60,473 nt of DNA from a virus (IMGVR_UViG_3300043448_000474:1-60473), one strand, 5' to 3'. Counted from the stretch's first letter, positions 29,671 to 39,866 are shown. Made by a program: numbers and translations. Notes: generated by a model from the letters alone, not told the origin.

Positions 29671-30270
29671 CTAATTGATGTACGCGTAGCCCGAAGTTTC
29701 ACCAGCAAGAGTCACCTCGCAGGTGTTTGTGTCGATGTAGGACACGTTCCCATAGAAGACGTTCTGGGACATGTCGATCAGGGTTACCGATGGGTACCAC
29801 CCAAGGTTGTGCCTGATGATCCATGCGGCCGAAGGAACGCCTTGGGTGTGAACGTATCTGGCATTCTTGATGAGAGCCTGAACATCTGTTTGCGTGACAC
29901 CAGCAGTGTCGATGTCGTCGATCTTCTTCTGGAGGTCAGCAACCTTGTTCGTGATTGACGAGTTTAGTGACTCGATCTGTTTGTTGATCGCCTCAACAGC
30001 CGCGTCGACTGCGGTGGAAATCTGCGAAGATGGGTCGGTAGGCTCGACGACCTGAGTCGTTGGGACCGGGAACTGCGCCTGGAGGCCGGATCGCCATCGA
30101 TCTACAGCATCTGAAAACTCCCTGATCGATTGCTCTGTCAGCCGCTGCGGCAGCCTTGGGAACTCTGGAACAACGATGTCGGCAGATCCCAAGCCAGTAT
30201 TGGCACCAAGCCCCTTTCCTGGGGTGGATGCCAACCGCTTGATCAGGGTTGCCTTGGCGTTGGATGCCAT
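29671..30270 (-). CDS. Virion structural protein (coiled coil plus HNLG domain)
   Basis: YVHTQ..SAAWIIRHNLGWYPSVT..SGYAYIN C-terminal domain. Confidence 0.7.
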   Translation of the reverse strand: MASNAKATLIKRLASTPGKGLGANTGLGSADIVVPEFPRLPQRLTEQSIREFSDAVDRWRSGLQAQFPVPTTQVVEPTDPSSQISTAVDAAVEAINKQIESLNSSITNKVADLQKKIDDIDTAGVTQTDVQALIKNARYVHTQGVPSAAWIIRHNLGWYPSVTLIDMSQNVFYGNVSYIDTNTCEVTLAGETSGYAYIN

Positions 30271-30273
30271 GGC

Positions 30274-31260
30274 TTAGACATTACTGAGGACGTCCAGTGC
30301 GACAACCCTGAGTCGCTCCTTGAACTTCTGCTTGGTGAATCTCAGAGACGTCTGGTACGAGGCGGACGCCTTTTTCCGAAGAAGATCTCTGTTGCGGTAG
30401 GCTTCACGCATCGCCGCTATCACGCTGTCTTTGATTGGTTTCGCGCCACGGCCTACGCCAAAATACGGGTGTTCTTTTGGTGCCTGAACAAGCGTGTAGT
30501 CGAGATGCCATGAGTCCTCCTTGCTCGTGAAGTCGGCCGGTCCACCCCATGGGATAATGATGTTTGGTCGACCAGCCGCCATGAGCTCTGCAGCCGGGAA
30601 GTTCCACCCCTCCAAGCCAGACAGGAACACGCCGCAGTGATGCTCTGAAAGCATCTGCTCGTACCGTTCCTTGCTGTAGTCCTCGTAGAGGATCTCGATG
30701 CGGTCATCTTTTACCTCGCGACGGTCACATTCCGGGTTGCTCTTGATCGTGAGCCGCACGTCACTTTCGGTTGGGAACGCAAGTGTGAACCACTCCATTA
30801 GTTCGCCGAACCCCTTCCTGGAATTGATTCCGTTGTCGCGTCCTACGGAAATGAACTTGAGGATACTGTCGTTTGGAAGAGGCGACCACGGCGCTTCCCC
30901 CCACAGGTTGATGAGGTGAATCGGCCCACGATAACCAGAGTTCCTGAACAGCTTGACGTTCATCGAGCACGGAACAATCAGTGACGCGGCGTTCTTGAAC
31001 CCCATCGCCGAATCTGGAAGAGCGTCCGGCTCCCACATCGTAAACCTGATCGGAGACTCCTGTGGCCACATCGGGTTCGTTAGAACGAAGTCTGGGTAGT
31101 CGATGGCCGACACCCTGACCATGTTAAGAGCCTCCATGCACGCAACGCCGAGACGACCGTAGCCGGTGGCCTCGTTTGCGGTGCAGGAGTAGAATCGGAG
31201 CGGTCTGCCGAACAGGAGTGATCGATTGTTCAGCGGAGGCCGGACGTTGACTGTCAGCAT
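30274..31260 (-). CDS. Glycosyltransferase (GT-B, family-4-like)
   Basis: TGYGR, FTMWE, RKG and EGWNFPAAELMAAG (EX7E) motifs. Confidence 0.85.
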   Translation of the reverse strand: MLTVNVRPPLNNRSLLFGRPLRFYSCTANEATGYGRLGVACMEALNMVRVSAIDYPDFVLTNPMWPQESPIRFTMWEPDALPDSAMGFKNAASLIVPCSMNVKLFRNSGYRGPIHLINLWGEAPWSPLPNDSILKFISVGRDNGINSRKGFGELMEWFTLAFPTESDVRLTIKSNPECDRREVKDDRIEILYEDYSKERYEQMLSEHHCGVFLSGLEGWNFPAAELMAAGRPNIIIPWGGPADFTSKEDSWHLDYTLVQAPKEHPYFGVGRGAKPIKDSVIAAMREAYRNRDLLRKKASASYQTSLRFTKQKFKERLRVVALDVLSNV

Positions 31261-32021
31261 GCTTCTGGAGGAGTCAGCCTGGGATCGCGGAAGAACTGCT
31301 GTTTTCGACGGCATTCCCAGATCAACTGAGCAACCGCATCAGAATAAGCCTTTGACGATGTCTGATACGTTCCCATGTCCTTCGTCTCTCGACGAGCCAC
31401 CTGCGATTCAAGGTAGAGCTCAACAGCGTTCACAACATCACGGTCCTCGAATGTCGACGGTATTATGGTTGTGTCATCGAATGTGCGGCGGATTCCGTTC
31501 CACTCAACGACGATCTGCTCGTAGCTTTCGATCGAAGGGAACACGTAAATAGTGCCACGGTTCATCGACCAGTAAGCCTGTGCCTTACCGGCACGATAAC
31601 CTTTGTCGGTCGAAGGGCTGCTTGTAATGTAGACTGGCGCTCCAACAGCACCGTTTGGGGCAATGGGATGCATTCCGTACGCGTCATCCTTCAGGCAGCA
31701 CCGATACGCATGAATCATGTCGTTCATGCGATTCTGGTCGATGTACTGATACTCGATCTCTGAGCACGCTCCATCGAGCAGTGACGTATACACGCGTTCG
31801 ATGTTTCCATCCACTGAATCAAATGTGTTCGATCCGCAGTGGAAGATGGTTGACGCCTGGCCGATGTAGTCAGCGTTCTCAGTGCGCAAACACGGGATCT
31901 TGGTCTGAAGATCGATGATCGCATCTTTGACAGCGAGCTTGTGGACGCTGACGAGGTTTTCTGCCTCGCCCTCTGGGAACACGGCTGCGCTGATCTGGGT
32001 GTAATATTGGGCGAATGTCAT
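31254..32021 (-). CDS. Putative head-tail adaptor
   Basis: Position, size and GTIYVFP motif. Confidence 0.5.
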   Translation of the reverse strand: MTFAQYYTQISAAVFPEGEAENLVSVHKLAVKDAIIDLQTKIPCLRTENADYIGQASTIFHCGSNTFDSVDGNIERVYTSLLDGACSEIEYQYIDQNRMNDMIHAYRCCLKDDAYGMHPIAPNGAVGAPVYITSSPSTDKGYRAGKAQAYWSMNRGTIYVFPSIESYEQIVVEWNGIRRTFDDTTIIPSTFEDRDVVNAVELYLESQVARRETKDMGTYQTSSKAYSDAVAQLIWECRRKQQFFRDPRLTPPEAC

Positions 32022-32653
32022 CGTGCAAGCCTTCCACGCTGCGACTCCAGATCCGCGATCTGGGAGTTCAGCATGCTTATGGTTGAACTGTCGGTGGCAA
32101 GAATTGCTCGCTCACGGACGGAGCGGATCTGATTGGCAAGGATGCCGTCAAATGTCTGGTACGCTGCGTTCACCGCTAGGCTTGACTGGCGCACGCGGTT
32201 GAATGCGAACAGGGCGATGAGCACGCCAACTCCAAGCAAACCAACGCTGACTCCAAGTGGAATGCTGATCTCTTTTTTTTCGTTGGTGGCAGCCTTTTCT
32301 GAGTCTGACGCGTCCACGTTAGCAGCATACCTTACCTCCTCGCGATACTGCTCATCATGCTGAGCACGCTCCTGCTTCACGGTGGGAACACCAACCTCTT
32401 GAACCTCGATCTTCTGCGGTTGAACAGGATCTATCTGAGGAATCTTCAGTTCCACTTTGTTGCCAAGGCCACCGACATGAAGCTGCGCCATCGGAGCCTT
32501 CTGTTGTCCGGTGACGATCTTTGAGAACTGCTCGCTGGACTTGACCGAGGAGGCCGAGGCTTCAGCAGTCGTGGTGGTCCGTCGAGAAGTGGACGGAACG
32601 AGTGCTCCGCAGCCAGTGAGTAGAACGAGCGCAAGGAGTAGGAGTGATTTCAT
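32018..32653 (-). CDS. Lipoprotein with second TM segment; unimolecular spanin candidate
   Basis: MKSLLLLALVLLTG-C lipobox; hydrophobic IPLGVSVGLLGVGVLIALFAF near the C-terminus. Confidence 0.6.
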   Translation of the reverse strand: MKSLLLLALVLLTGCGALVPSTSRRTTTTAEASASSVKSSEQFSKIVTGQQKAPMAQLHVGGLGNKVELKIPQIDPVQPQKIEVQEVGVPTVKQERAQHDEQYREEVRYAANVDASDSEKAATNEKKEISIPLGVSVGLLGVGVLIALFAFNRVRQSSLAVNAAYQTFDGILANQIRSVRERAILATDSSTISMLNSQIADLESQRGRLAR

Positions 32654-32907
32654 TAGTCATCGATCGTGATGCCAAGCTGGGCAGCTTTAGCCCTCAGTAT
32701 TTGTAGCTCGGCTTTGGTTTTCTGAATGTTCAGTCGGCTCAAGCGAATCGCGTATACGCTTGCCAACGTGGCAGCTATTGCCGCTGTAACCTGCATCCAA
32801 GTTGGAAGGTTGAAAAAGTGTGACACGGCGACTGCAAGCATGCTTCCAAGGGACAGCGCCCCTGACTTAGTGGCCACGAGTTCTGGTGCTAGTGTGTCGG
32901 TGTTCAT
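32653..32907 (-). CDS. Holin candidate
   Basis: 84 aa, two hydrophobic segments and a basic C-terminus; adjacent to the lipoprotein. Confidence 0.55.
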   Translation of the reverse strand: MNTDTLAPELVATKSGALSLGSMLAVAVSHFFNLPTWMQVTAAIAATLASVYAIRLSRLNIQKTKAELQILRAKAAQLGITIDD

Positions 32908-32912
32908 GGAGG

Positions 32913-33353
32913 TCAGCGTTTTACTTTACCTACAGATGGACGAGCCACATTAGAATCGCTCGTAGAAACCGACTCTGTGGATTTAACCACCGGATCCACT
33001 GACACCTGCTTCGCCACCTCAGCGGCGACCGGAACAGCAGGAGCGTCTTGGCGGGGGGCTGCTCGCTGCGCCTCCGCCAGAGAGATTCCTCCCCGAATCA
33101 CTGACTGAAGCCGCTGCTGCGATTGCAGCGTCGAGCTCGGCGCGTTGTTTTTTTTTAAGAGCTCGTCGTACTCCAGCTGGGTCATTTCCCAGATGCCGCC
33201 ACGGCGCTCGCGAATGCGGGTTTCAAGAGCCTCAATGACGGCCGCGTCCTCCGTGGCAATAATTCCCTGACCAGCCTCAATCTCGATAAACGGGACGGTC
33301 TTACCAGCGACCTGGATGGTGTTGTAGACGACCGATTTTCCAAAGTACCGCAT
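32913..33353 (-). CDS. Hypothetical protein downstream of capsid
   Basis: 146-aa ORF in operon context. Confidence 0.65.
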   Translation of the reverse strand: MRYFGKSVVYNTIQVAGKTVPFIEIEAGQGIIATEDAAVIEALETRIRERRGGIWEMTQLEYDELLKKNNAPSSTLQSQQRLQSVIRGGISLAEAQRAAPRQDAPAVPVAAEVAKQVSVDPVVKSTESVSTSDSNVARPSVGKVKR

Positions 33354-33400
33354 ACGTGGATTTTTGGTTCGTGCCAGATTGATCGCAACCCAAAGTCTTC

Positions 33401-33440
33401 AAAGAAAAAGGGCGGCTGAGCCGAAGCCCAACCGCCCTCT
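33401..33440 (-). terminator. Rho-independent terminator after capsid gene
   Basis: Minus strand AGGGCGGTTGGGC-TTCG-GCTCAGCCGCCCT followed by a T-run. Confidence 0.85.
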
Positions 33441-33452
33441 GCTCATCACAGA

Positions 33453-35219
33453 TCAGACGTAGTAGGAACCGTCGTTCGAGCCGGTGCCATCCGGGGCAGC
33501 GGAACCCAGGTTTTCCAGCACGAAGCTAGTGGTCTCGGCCTCCAGAACCGCCGTATAGGTGGTGCTGGTCAGCTTGGTGGTCTTGCTCGGGACACGCATC
33601 ACGCAGGAGTAGGTGTCGTCCACAGCGGCAAGCTGCTTCAGATCGCCCGTCTTGTTGGTGACGGTGTTGGAGTCGATGATGCCCTGGTAGACGTTCTGCC
33701 AGTCGATGGCCCAGAGCATGCGGCCCGAGGACTCGAACCCAGCCGCCTTGTGAGCGGCAAGCATGTCGTCGAACATGCGGTGGGTGACGATGCGGAGCTC
33801 GACCTGCGGGTAGTCGAGGGTGAACTTGTAGAAGCGGAAGCCGAACGGCCCCTGCTCCCCGCCCTGGTTCAGCTGCATGGTCAGCCGGAACACGTCCGAG
33901 CCGTACTTCGTCTTGAAGTAGTTGACCATGCCGATGATGAACTGGTTGGCGTAGAACGAGTCGGTGAAGAGCTCGATGATGTCCGCCTTGGTACCAGCCG
34001 CTTCGCGCTCGCGCTGCAGACGGTAGAGGCTGTTGAACAGCTTGTGCAGGTTGAGGGTCTCAGCCTGGAGGTCGACCACACGGCCGCACTCGCCAAGCTG
34101 CTCGTAGATGCCAGTGGCGTTGGCCTTGCGACCAATGCACTTGCCCTCGATCGAGGAACTGATGTTGGACGAGCTCGGGACGACGATCTGAGCCAACTGA
34201 TCGTACGACGCCATGGTCTGGTTCGGCAGCGCCTTGTTGAAGAAGAAGGCGTTGGCGTGACGGCGCTGGAAGTCCTCGATGATCTGACGGTTGAGCTCGA
34301 CCTGAGGAACATCGCCAAACTCCTTGAAGAACGGGTTCGAGTCCCGAAGAGCCGAAAGGTACTTCTGGGTGAGCTCGTCTTCGCAGATCGAGTAGCGGGT
34401 GGTCTCGATCCAGAACGGCAGCAACTGGTTGTTGTTGAGGCCGGGGATCTCGGAGCAGAACGACTCGTAGTCGGAGACGTTCGGCGTGCCGCGCAGCAAC
34501 AGACCGAGAACCGCACCAGCCGCGAGGTTGGCGGGGATCTTGGCCTTGTTAGCGATAGCAGCGGTCGCGTTGCCGTAGAACACCGAGGCGGTATTCTGCG
34601 GGGTCAACGTGGCGCTCAGGAACGAGCCGTTGCCGTCAGAGCCGGTGCTGCTGACAGTCTTGACGACGAACGCCAAGCGGTAGGTGGTGTCGCCAGTGGC
34701 CGGGCTACCGGAACCGGCGTTGGTGCCGTTCACGAACACGCGCAGACCGGGCGGGAACCAGCGAGGATCAGCCGGGGCAGTGCCCTGGGTGTAGATCTTC
34801 ACTTCGATGTCGTTGACCTGAGACGGGGTCGCTCCGGTCGCGTTCACGACACGGACGGTCCAGTACTCGGTGTTCAGCTGACGCTTGCGGCCCATCTTGA
34901 TGAACGGGCTGATCTCCCACAGGCCGCCATTGACCTGCTGGACGCTCAGGCGCTTGCCGCCCATGATGCGCTTGTTGGCCTGAAGGAAGTCATACAGGCC
35001 GTTTTGCCGGACGCCCACGGCCTTGCCGAGAAAATCGGCAGAGACGAGGTTTCCGAGGATGCGGTAGGTGCTGTCGCTCGATCCGTAGATCGTGGCGAGG
35101 TCAGCGGAGGTAACCTGCTTAGCCGTACACGCGGTAACGGCACCACAGGTCTCGATGTTGGTGCTCACCGCCGGGGCACAGCGGTTGAACAGGTTGGTCG
35201 TATCAATTTGACTGGGCAT
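33453..35219 (-). CDS. Major capsid protein (probable)
   Basis: Follows portal and scaffold; strongly biased C/G-ending codons; strong terminator downstream. Confidence 0.75.
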   Translation of the reverse strand: MPSQIDTTNLFNRCAPAVSTNIETCGAVTACTAKQVTSADLATIYGSSDSTYRILGNLVSADFLGKAVGVRQNGLYDFLQANKRIMGGKRLSVQQVNGGLWEISPFIKMGRKRQLNTEYWTVRVVNATGATPSQVNDIEVKIYTQGTAPADPRWFPPGLRVFVNGTNAGSGSPATGDTTYRLAFVVKTVSSTGSDGNGSFLSATLTPQNTASVFYGNATAAIANKAKIPANLAAGAVLGLLLRGTPNVSDYESFCSEIPGLNNNQLLPFWIETTRYSICEDELTQKYLSALRDSNPFFKEFGDVPQVELNRQIIEDFQRRHANAFFFNKALPNQTMASYDQLAQIVVPSSSNISSSIEGKCIGRKANATGIYEQLGECGRVVDLQAETLNLHKLFNSLYRLQREREAAGTKADIIELFTDSFYANQFIIGMVNYFKTKYGSDVFRLTMQLNQGGEQGPFGFRFYKFTLDYPQVELRIVTHRMFDDMLAAHKAAGFESSGRMLWAIDWQNVYQGIIDSNTVTNKTGDLKQLAAVDDTYSCVMRVPSKTTKLTSTTYTAVLEAETTSFVLENLGSAAPDGTGSNDGSYYV

Positions 35220-35320
35220 AATTTATGTCCTTTCGCCAACCATCATTCCATGCCGCGTCTTTGTTTGTGAATGCTATGCGGTGTTTTGATCTTCAGAACG
35301 ATCACTGGACCGCATTGGCC

Positions 35321-35352
35321 AAATAAAAAAGCCGCGTTTGTGAGACGCGGCT
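35321..35352 (-). terminator. Rho-independent terminator between scaffold and capsid
   Basis: Minus strand AGCCGCGTCTCACAAACGCGGCT followed by TTTTTATTT. Confidence 0.75.
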
Positions 35353-35376
35353 GTTGTAAAACACCACAAGTTCTTA

Positions 35377-36891
35377 TTACACCGGGATGCCAATAGATTC
35401 CCAGAAACCCCTTGGAACACCATTGATTGATGTCTCTTCGGCCTTCTCGTCTTTGCGCCCAGTAGGCTGCGCCTTGACCGACGGTGCGGACTGCGTAGTC
35501 GCAGGTTTTGGTGTTTGTTTTTGTGAGGAATTGCTCTCAGACTTCGTGAAGCCCATGCGTTTTGCGTACGCTTCAGCCTTTTTTTCGATGTCAGATTTGA
35601 TTTTAAACGCTTCGTATTGGGCCGTCTTTATGATCAGCTGGGGAACGAGAGACTCGTCCTGCACGGTGTAATACTTAGACCTCTGAGACACCGGCATATT
35701 GGCGTAATCACGCATGGTTGAGAATCTGCGACCGTCCTCGGTTACTGGACGCTCTTCGCGCGGCACGGATGCAATCACCTTCTCAACGTGCAATGCGGCA
35801 CTCACGAGGGTTTGCACCTCGCGACTCTTCTCGCTGTATCCATTCGGATTGTTGATCACACGCACCGCAGCATCGAGGGCCGGGATACTCCACTGCTCCA
35901 CGGTGCTTACAGCCTCCATTGCGATTGGGTCGTTCTTGATGTCCTCAACAGCCTTGGATCGATCGGTGTCAAACGTCTCTACAAGATCAGGACGCACAGC
36001 TTCAAGGAGGCTCTTGGAAGCCATTGTATCCACCTGCTGACGGATTGGTGCCAACTGAGCTTCCGCCTTTGCGCGGCGCACCTCCTCGATCTCGCCGCCA
36101 TATCTCTTGGCGATACGCTCTTCAGCCTCTCGGATAGCCTGTTCTTTGAGGATGGATCGATCAGCCTCTTTTAGATGGCGATCATCCACCTCGATGGAGT
36201 TCTCATCGATGAATGCGCGGTGGTCGTCATCGTCCCACGAGAAGTCCACGCCAGGGTTTTCCTTGCGCCATTTCCGCTCATACTCGCGCTCTTTCTTGGT
36301 GCCATCGAGGAACTCGCGCACGAGATCGCGGCCACGGTACTCTTGCGGGTGCAGACGCTGCACTTCGCGGAGTCGCTCGACTTCCTCCTGGGCGTCCTCC
36401 GGGATATCAACTTGTGAAGCACGGGCAGCTTCTTGAGCAGCCCTGTCGGCAGCAGCAGCCTTCTCTTGCTCAATGCGGCGGTAGGTTTCGGCTGCAGCTT
36501 CTGCAGCAGCCCTGCTCGCGGTCTCGGCCACCTTTTCTGCGGTCAGACGCGAGCGTCGCGGTTTGGGCTCTGGCTTCTCTTCTTCAACCTCCTCATCGGC
36601 ATCCTCGGCCTTTAGCTCTTCTTTGGGAGCCTCAGCCTTCTTCTCCGCCTTCTTGGACGGCTTTGGCTTCTCTTCAGTCTTCTGAGCCTCTGGCTGCTTG
36701 GAATCCTCATTCTGCTCATCGACCTGCTTCTCCTCGCCGAGTAGCCGGTCAAGAAGCATTAGACTTGCCTCTTTCGCGGCCTCGTCCATTGCTGCGGTAT
36801 TGTCGCCCTTTTGCTCGGGGCTTGGCTGCGTCTGCTGCGCCTGTTCAGCGGCGGCTAGAGCATCGGTATTCTGCTGTTCTTCAATGGTCAT
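35377..36891 (-). CDS. Scaffolding protein (probable)
   Basis: E/K/A-rich helical protein between portal and capsid; start placed at MTIEEQQ. Confidence 0.65.
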   Translation of the reverse strand: MTIEEQQNTDALAAAEQAQQTQPSPEQKGDNTAAMDEAAKEASLMLLDRLLGEEKQVDEQNEDSKQPEAQKTEEKPKPSKKAEKKAEAPKEELKAEDADEEVEEEKPEPKPRRSRLTAEKVAETASRAAAEAAAETYRRIEQEKAAAADRAAQEAARASQVDIPEDAQEEVERLREVQRLHPQEYRGRDLVREFLDGTKKEREYERKWRKENPGVDFSWDDDDHRAFIDENSIEVDDRHLKEADRSILKEQAIREAEERIAKRYGGEIEEVRRAKAEAQLAPIRQQVDTMASKSLLEAVRPDLVETFDTDRSKAVEDIKNDPIAMEAVSTVEQWSIPALDAAVRVINNPNGYSEKSREVQTLVSAALHVEKVIASVPREERPVTEDGRRFSTMRDYANMPVSQRSKYYTVQDESLVPQLIIKTAQYEAFKIKSDIEKKAEAYAKRMGFTKSESNSSQKQTPKPATTQSAPSVKAQPTGRKDEKAEETSINGVPRGFWESIGIPV

Positions 36892-37198
36892 GTTGATCCG
36901 TGATTTGTACTTCGGCCGTTCGGAGCTTGAGCTTCTCCGACAGCGCGTCATTCAAGACGTTTAGGCACGTCTGAAAACGGGATGCCTGTGTCAGCGCCGT
37001 TGCTGCGCGGTTGTCCAGCCCCGCTTGGGAGGACAGCGACTCAGGGTTGCGAACTACTACGTTTGCGGCCTCGGCCTGTAGGGCTGCGATCTCAGCCAAC
37101 AGGCATCGCTTGAGGAGGGAGGCTTCCGGTTGCAGCAGCCATTTGCTGATCTGCAGGGATTCCGCCTCCGATAGGAACTTGGTCTGGACTGACAGCAT
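36881..37198 (-). CDS. Small hypothetical protein after portal
   Basis: 105 aa, helical; overlaps the portal 3' end by 107 nt. Confidence 0.55.
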   Translation of the reverse strand: MLSVQTKFLSEAESLQISKWLLQPEASLLKRCLLAEIAALQAEAANVVVRNPESLSSQAGLDNRAATALTQASRFQTCLNVLNDALSEKLKLRTAEVQITDQHDH

Positions 37199-39530
37199 TC
37201 AGTTGTTGTGCTTCTCCGATGATCTGAAAGAGCCGCATGACGGCTTGCGCTTGCTGGTCCTGGCGACCGGCCAGTTCCTCCAGCGCGGCGGTTGTCTGCT
37301 GCGCCTGAACTTGCATCGGCTCGACAAGGTTGGCGCGAAGCTCTTCTCCCAGCTGCATCATCTTGCCGTCTACGACCTGGGCAGCCATTTGAGCCAACTG
37401 CTGCTGCACCTGGGCGGCCTGTTCCTCCTGCGCCTTCTGCATCTCCTCAGGTGACTGAGGGGGCTGCTGAGGTGGCTGGATGCGCAGACGGAAGTCCTTT
37501 GGCGCGCCACTATAGACGAGGATCTGATTGAATAGGTCAATCAGCTGTTCAAGACCGGCGGCTTGGGAAAGCGTCGGGTTTGAGAAGATCGACTGGAACG
37601 TCTGGATCATCGTCGCCGCAATCTTCGAGTCCACAATACGATCAGCGCCATCGCGATCACTAGAGAAGCCATCCACGCGCAGGGCATCCTTGCTGCCGCG
37701 AATACCAGCCTTGGCATTGCGAGACTCTGGCTCGTCCACCTTGAATCCCATCTCTTCGAGAGACTTCCTCTTGGTGTCATCGACCTCAGCGACATCAGCC
37801 AGAACCTCGTCGTCGGAGTAGGCTAGGAACGCCTCGTAGAGCAGCTTCTTGCGAGCCTTCATAGCTCCGTCAATAAAGCTGCCAGTGAGCTCCAGTCGGT
37901 TACTGGTGTTGCTCGCCACAATGCGCACCTCCTCGGCCGTCTGCTCGTGAGACGCCGGGAAGCCAACCTCCTGCGGGGAGTAGCCAAGCACACGCTCCAT
38001 CATCTGAAGCAGCTGGTTGATGCCAGAGGCGATCTCCATCGAACTTCCCTGCGGAAGGCCAACCGGGGTAAACGCCTCGCGCTCAGACTGCTGCTGCCAC
38101 GAAAGTTCGCGCTTCGAGTACGGAATGAATGTGACTCCACGGTACTTCTTCTCACCAAGGTTGTTGATGAGGTCGATGTACTTCTGGTCAACCACGTCCG
38201 CATTCCAAAACACAATGCGCTCCAGGTTCTGCTTCACCGTCAGTATGTACTGGGTGAGCATGTTGGAGATGTGGTCCTGGAAAGGCAGGAGCTCCAGCGA
38301 TAGTGAGGAGTTGTGGGCGCTTCCCTGATCCGCGTCGTACATGTAAGCAACGAGCGGGTTGTAAGCGAGCGGCACAGCGTGACTGACAGTGTGCGATCCG
38401 GTATGGATGAATCGCATCCAGACCGGGTGATCGTAGTCGAACAAATCCCACTCAGATGGGATCAGCTTTGTAAAATGAGACACCACGGTGACACCCTCGT
38501 CATTGTGGTTCAGCGTGTAGCGATAGGCGTTCTTGACGCGCTCGTCCTCGCCGCTTCCTGGAGCGAACATGCCGACCTGCGGGAACTTCAGGGCGCACGG
38601 GAATAGCTCGCGGTAAAAGTTGTACTTCGCGTCCACCCAGCTTCCGTACTTGAACTGGATGTTGTCTGTGTTCCAGAAGTTCTTGTTGCTCTTGACGTCT
38701 TTGTACCGAAGCACGTTCCAGAACCCGGCGTATTCGCAGCCGGTGTCCGTGTTCATCGTGGTCAGACGGTTTGCGAGATCCCAGAACACACGACTAGGGT
38801 GGGGGATTTCAAAACGAACACCCTCCTTCACGGTTCTGGTCTTCTCGGAGCCCTTTTCCAGGAAGATCTGCTGCTCTCGGTAAAAGTCCTCGGACGGGAA
38901 GTTGATGCACGTCCCGTACTTGAGCATCTGCAGGATCGACTGGCGCTCGTCCTCGCGATAGCCCATCTCCTGGACCATGCGCTGAATGCGGCTCGTGATA
39001 ATCTCGCAGCGCAGCCGATTGGCCGTGGTCATCGACACCGGCTCGTACTTGTAGAGCGGGTAGATGTCGCGGTCGGTGAAGAGCTTGGCCCAGCGCATCT
39101 TCGTGTACGCCTGGACCAGCGGCACGAAGATGTGGAAGAACGTCGGCAGGTCCAACTTCATTATTGGCTTGCCGTCCTTGCCGCACTTGGCTGTGCCGTC
39201 CGAGTTGCACAGGGGCACGAGCATGTTCGTGAGGCGCTGAGTCATGCCCCACGTCTTCATGGCGTCGTACGCCTTCTCGCCGGACACGCCGCTGGACAAC
39301 AGACCCTCCACCAAGGTGTAAGTGATCTGCCTCTGGGACACGTCGTACGCCTGATCGATGGCGTACCACAGGCGAGCATCGTCGAGGTTTCGACGAATGC
39401 CCTCGTCAATGCGAGAGGAGTTCAGGTCGATCAGCGCCTTGATCTTGTCGCTGGGAACCTCGGCGGTGAACTTCGCCTTGAGCTTCTCAGGCGTGGCTCC
39501 GCGCTTCTTGAGCAGTTCGAGATCGACCAT
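37092..39530 (-). CDS. Portal protein (probable)
   Basis: 812 aa; LKYGT and EQTAEEV motifs; Gln-rich C-terminal barrel as in P22-like portals. Confidence 0.75.
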   Translation of the reverse strand: MVDLELLKKRGATPEKLKAKFTAEVPSDKIKALIDLNSSRIDEGIRRNLDDARLWYAIDQAYDVSQRQITYTLVEGLLSSGVSGEKAYDAMKTWGMTQRLTNMLVPLCNSDGTAKCGKDGKPIMKLDLPTFFHIFVPLVQAYTKMRWAKLFTDRDIYPLYKYEPVSMTTANRLRCEIITSRIQRMVQEMGYREDERQSILQMLKYGTCINFPSEDFYREQQIFLEKGSEKTRTVKEGVRFEIPHPSRVFWDLANRLTTMNTDTGCEYAGFWNVLRYKDVKSNKNFWNTDNIQFKYGSWVDAKYNFYRELFPCALKFPQVGMFAPGSGEDERVKNAYRYTLNHNDEGVTVVSHFTKLIPSEWDLFDYDHPVWMRFIHTGSHTVSHAVPLAYNPLVAYMYDADQGSAHNSSLSLELLPFQDHISNMLTQYILTVKQNLERIVFWNADVVDQKYIDLINNLGEKKYRGVTFIPYSKRELSWQQQSEREAFTPVGLPQGSSMEIASGINQLLQMMERVLGYSPQEVGFPASHEQTAEEVRIVASNTSNRLELTGSFIDGAMKARKKLLYEAFLAYSDDEVLADVAEVDDTKRKSLEEMGFKVDEPESRNAKAGIRGSKDALRVDGFSSDRDGADRIVDSKIAATMIQTFQSIFSNPTLSQAAGLEQLIDLFNQILVYSGAPKDFRLRIQPPQQPPQSPEEMQKAQEEQAAQVQQQLAQMAAQVVDGKMMQLGEELRANLVEPMQVQAQQTTAALEELAGRQDQQAQAVMRLFQIIGEAQQLNAVSPDQVPIGGGIPADQQMAAATGSLPPQAMPVG

Positions 39531-39536
39531 GATTGG

Positions 39537-39866
39537 TTACTTCTTCTTGGGGCCACCGATCATAATGATCACGCCCATTCCTTTGCCCTTGTGCTTCATC
39601 TTTCTGCGCGGCTCATCATAAGCATCATCATCAGCAGCATCGCCTTGCTCTCTCTCATACCCAGGATCCTCGGAAGCATCTTCGGAATCCATAGAGCCTT
39701 CCTCATCCATGTCTTCGCACTTCTCCACTTCGGAGATGTCTGCGACGACCTCGGAGTCAGACTTGGACTTGATCTTGAGGGTAGCGTAGACCTCGACCGT
39801 TTCACCGGGTTTGGCGTTTGCAACGGCCTCGTCAACGTCGGCAATCGGGATGGTAATCTCAGCCAT
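39537..39866 (-). CDS. Small acidic hypothetical protein
   Basis: First gene of the minus-strand operon; acidic middle, basic end. Confidence 0.65.
   Translation of the reverse strand: MAEITIPIADVDEAVANAKPGETVEVYATLKIKSKSDSEVVADISEVEKCEDMDEEGSMDSEDASEDPGYEREQGDAADDDAYDEPRRKMKHKGKGMGVIIMIGGPKKK

Noticed and set aside
33148-33156. A9 run (minus strand) as a programmed frameshift site, and A8 near 32273
   Set aside because: The reading frames are intact and no supporting alternative-frame product was evident
33750-35270. 506-aa + strand ORF
   Set aside because: Antisense shadow of the codon-biased capsid gene; no protein-like motifs
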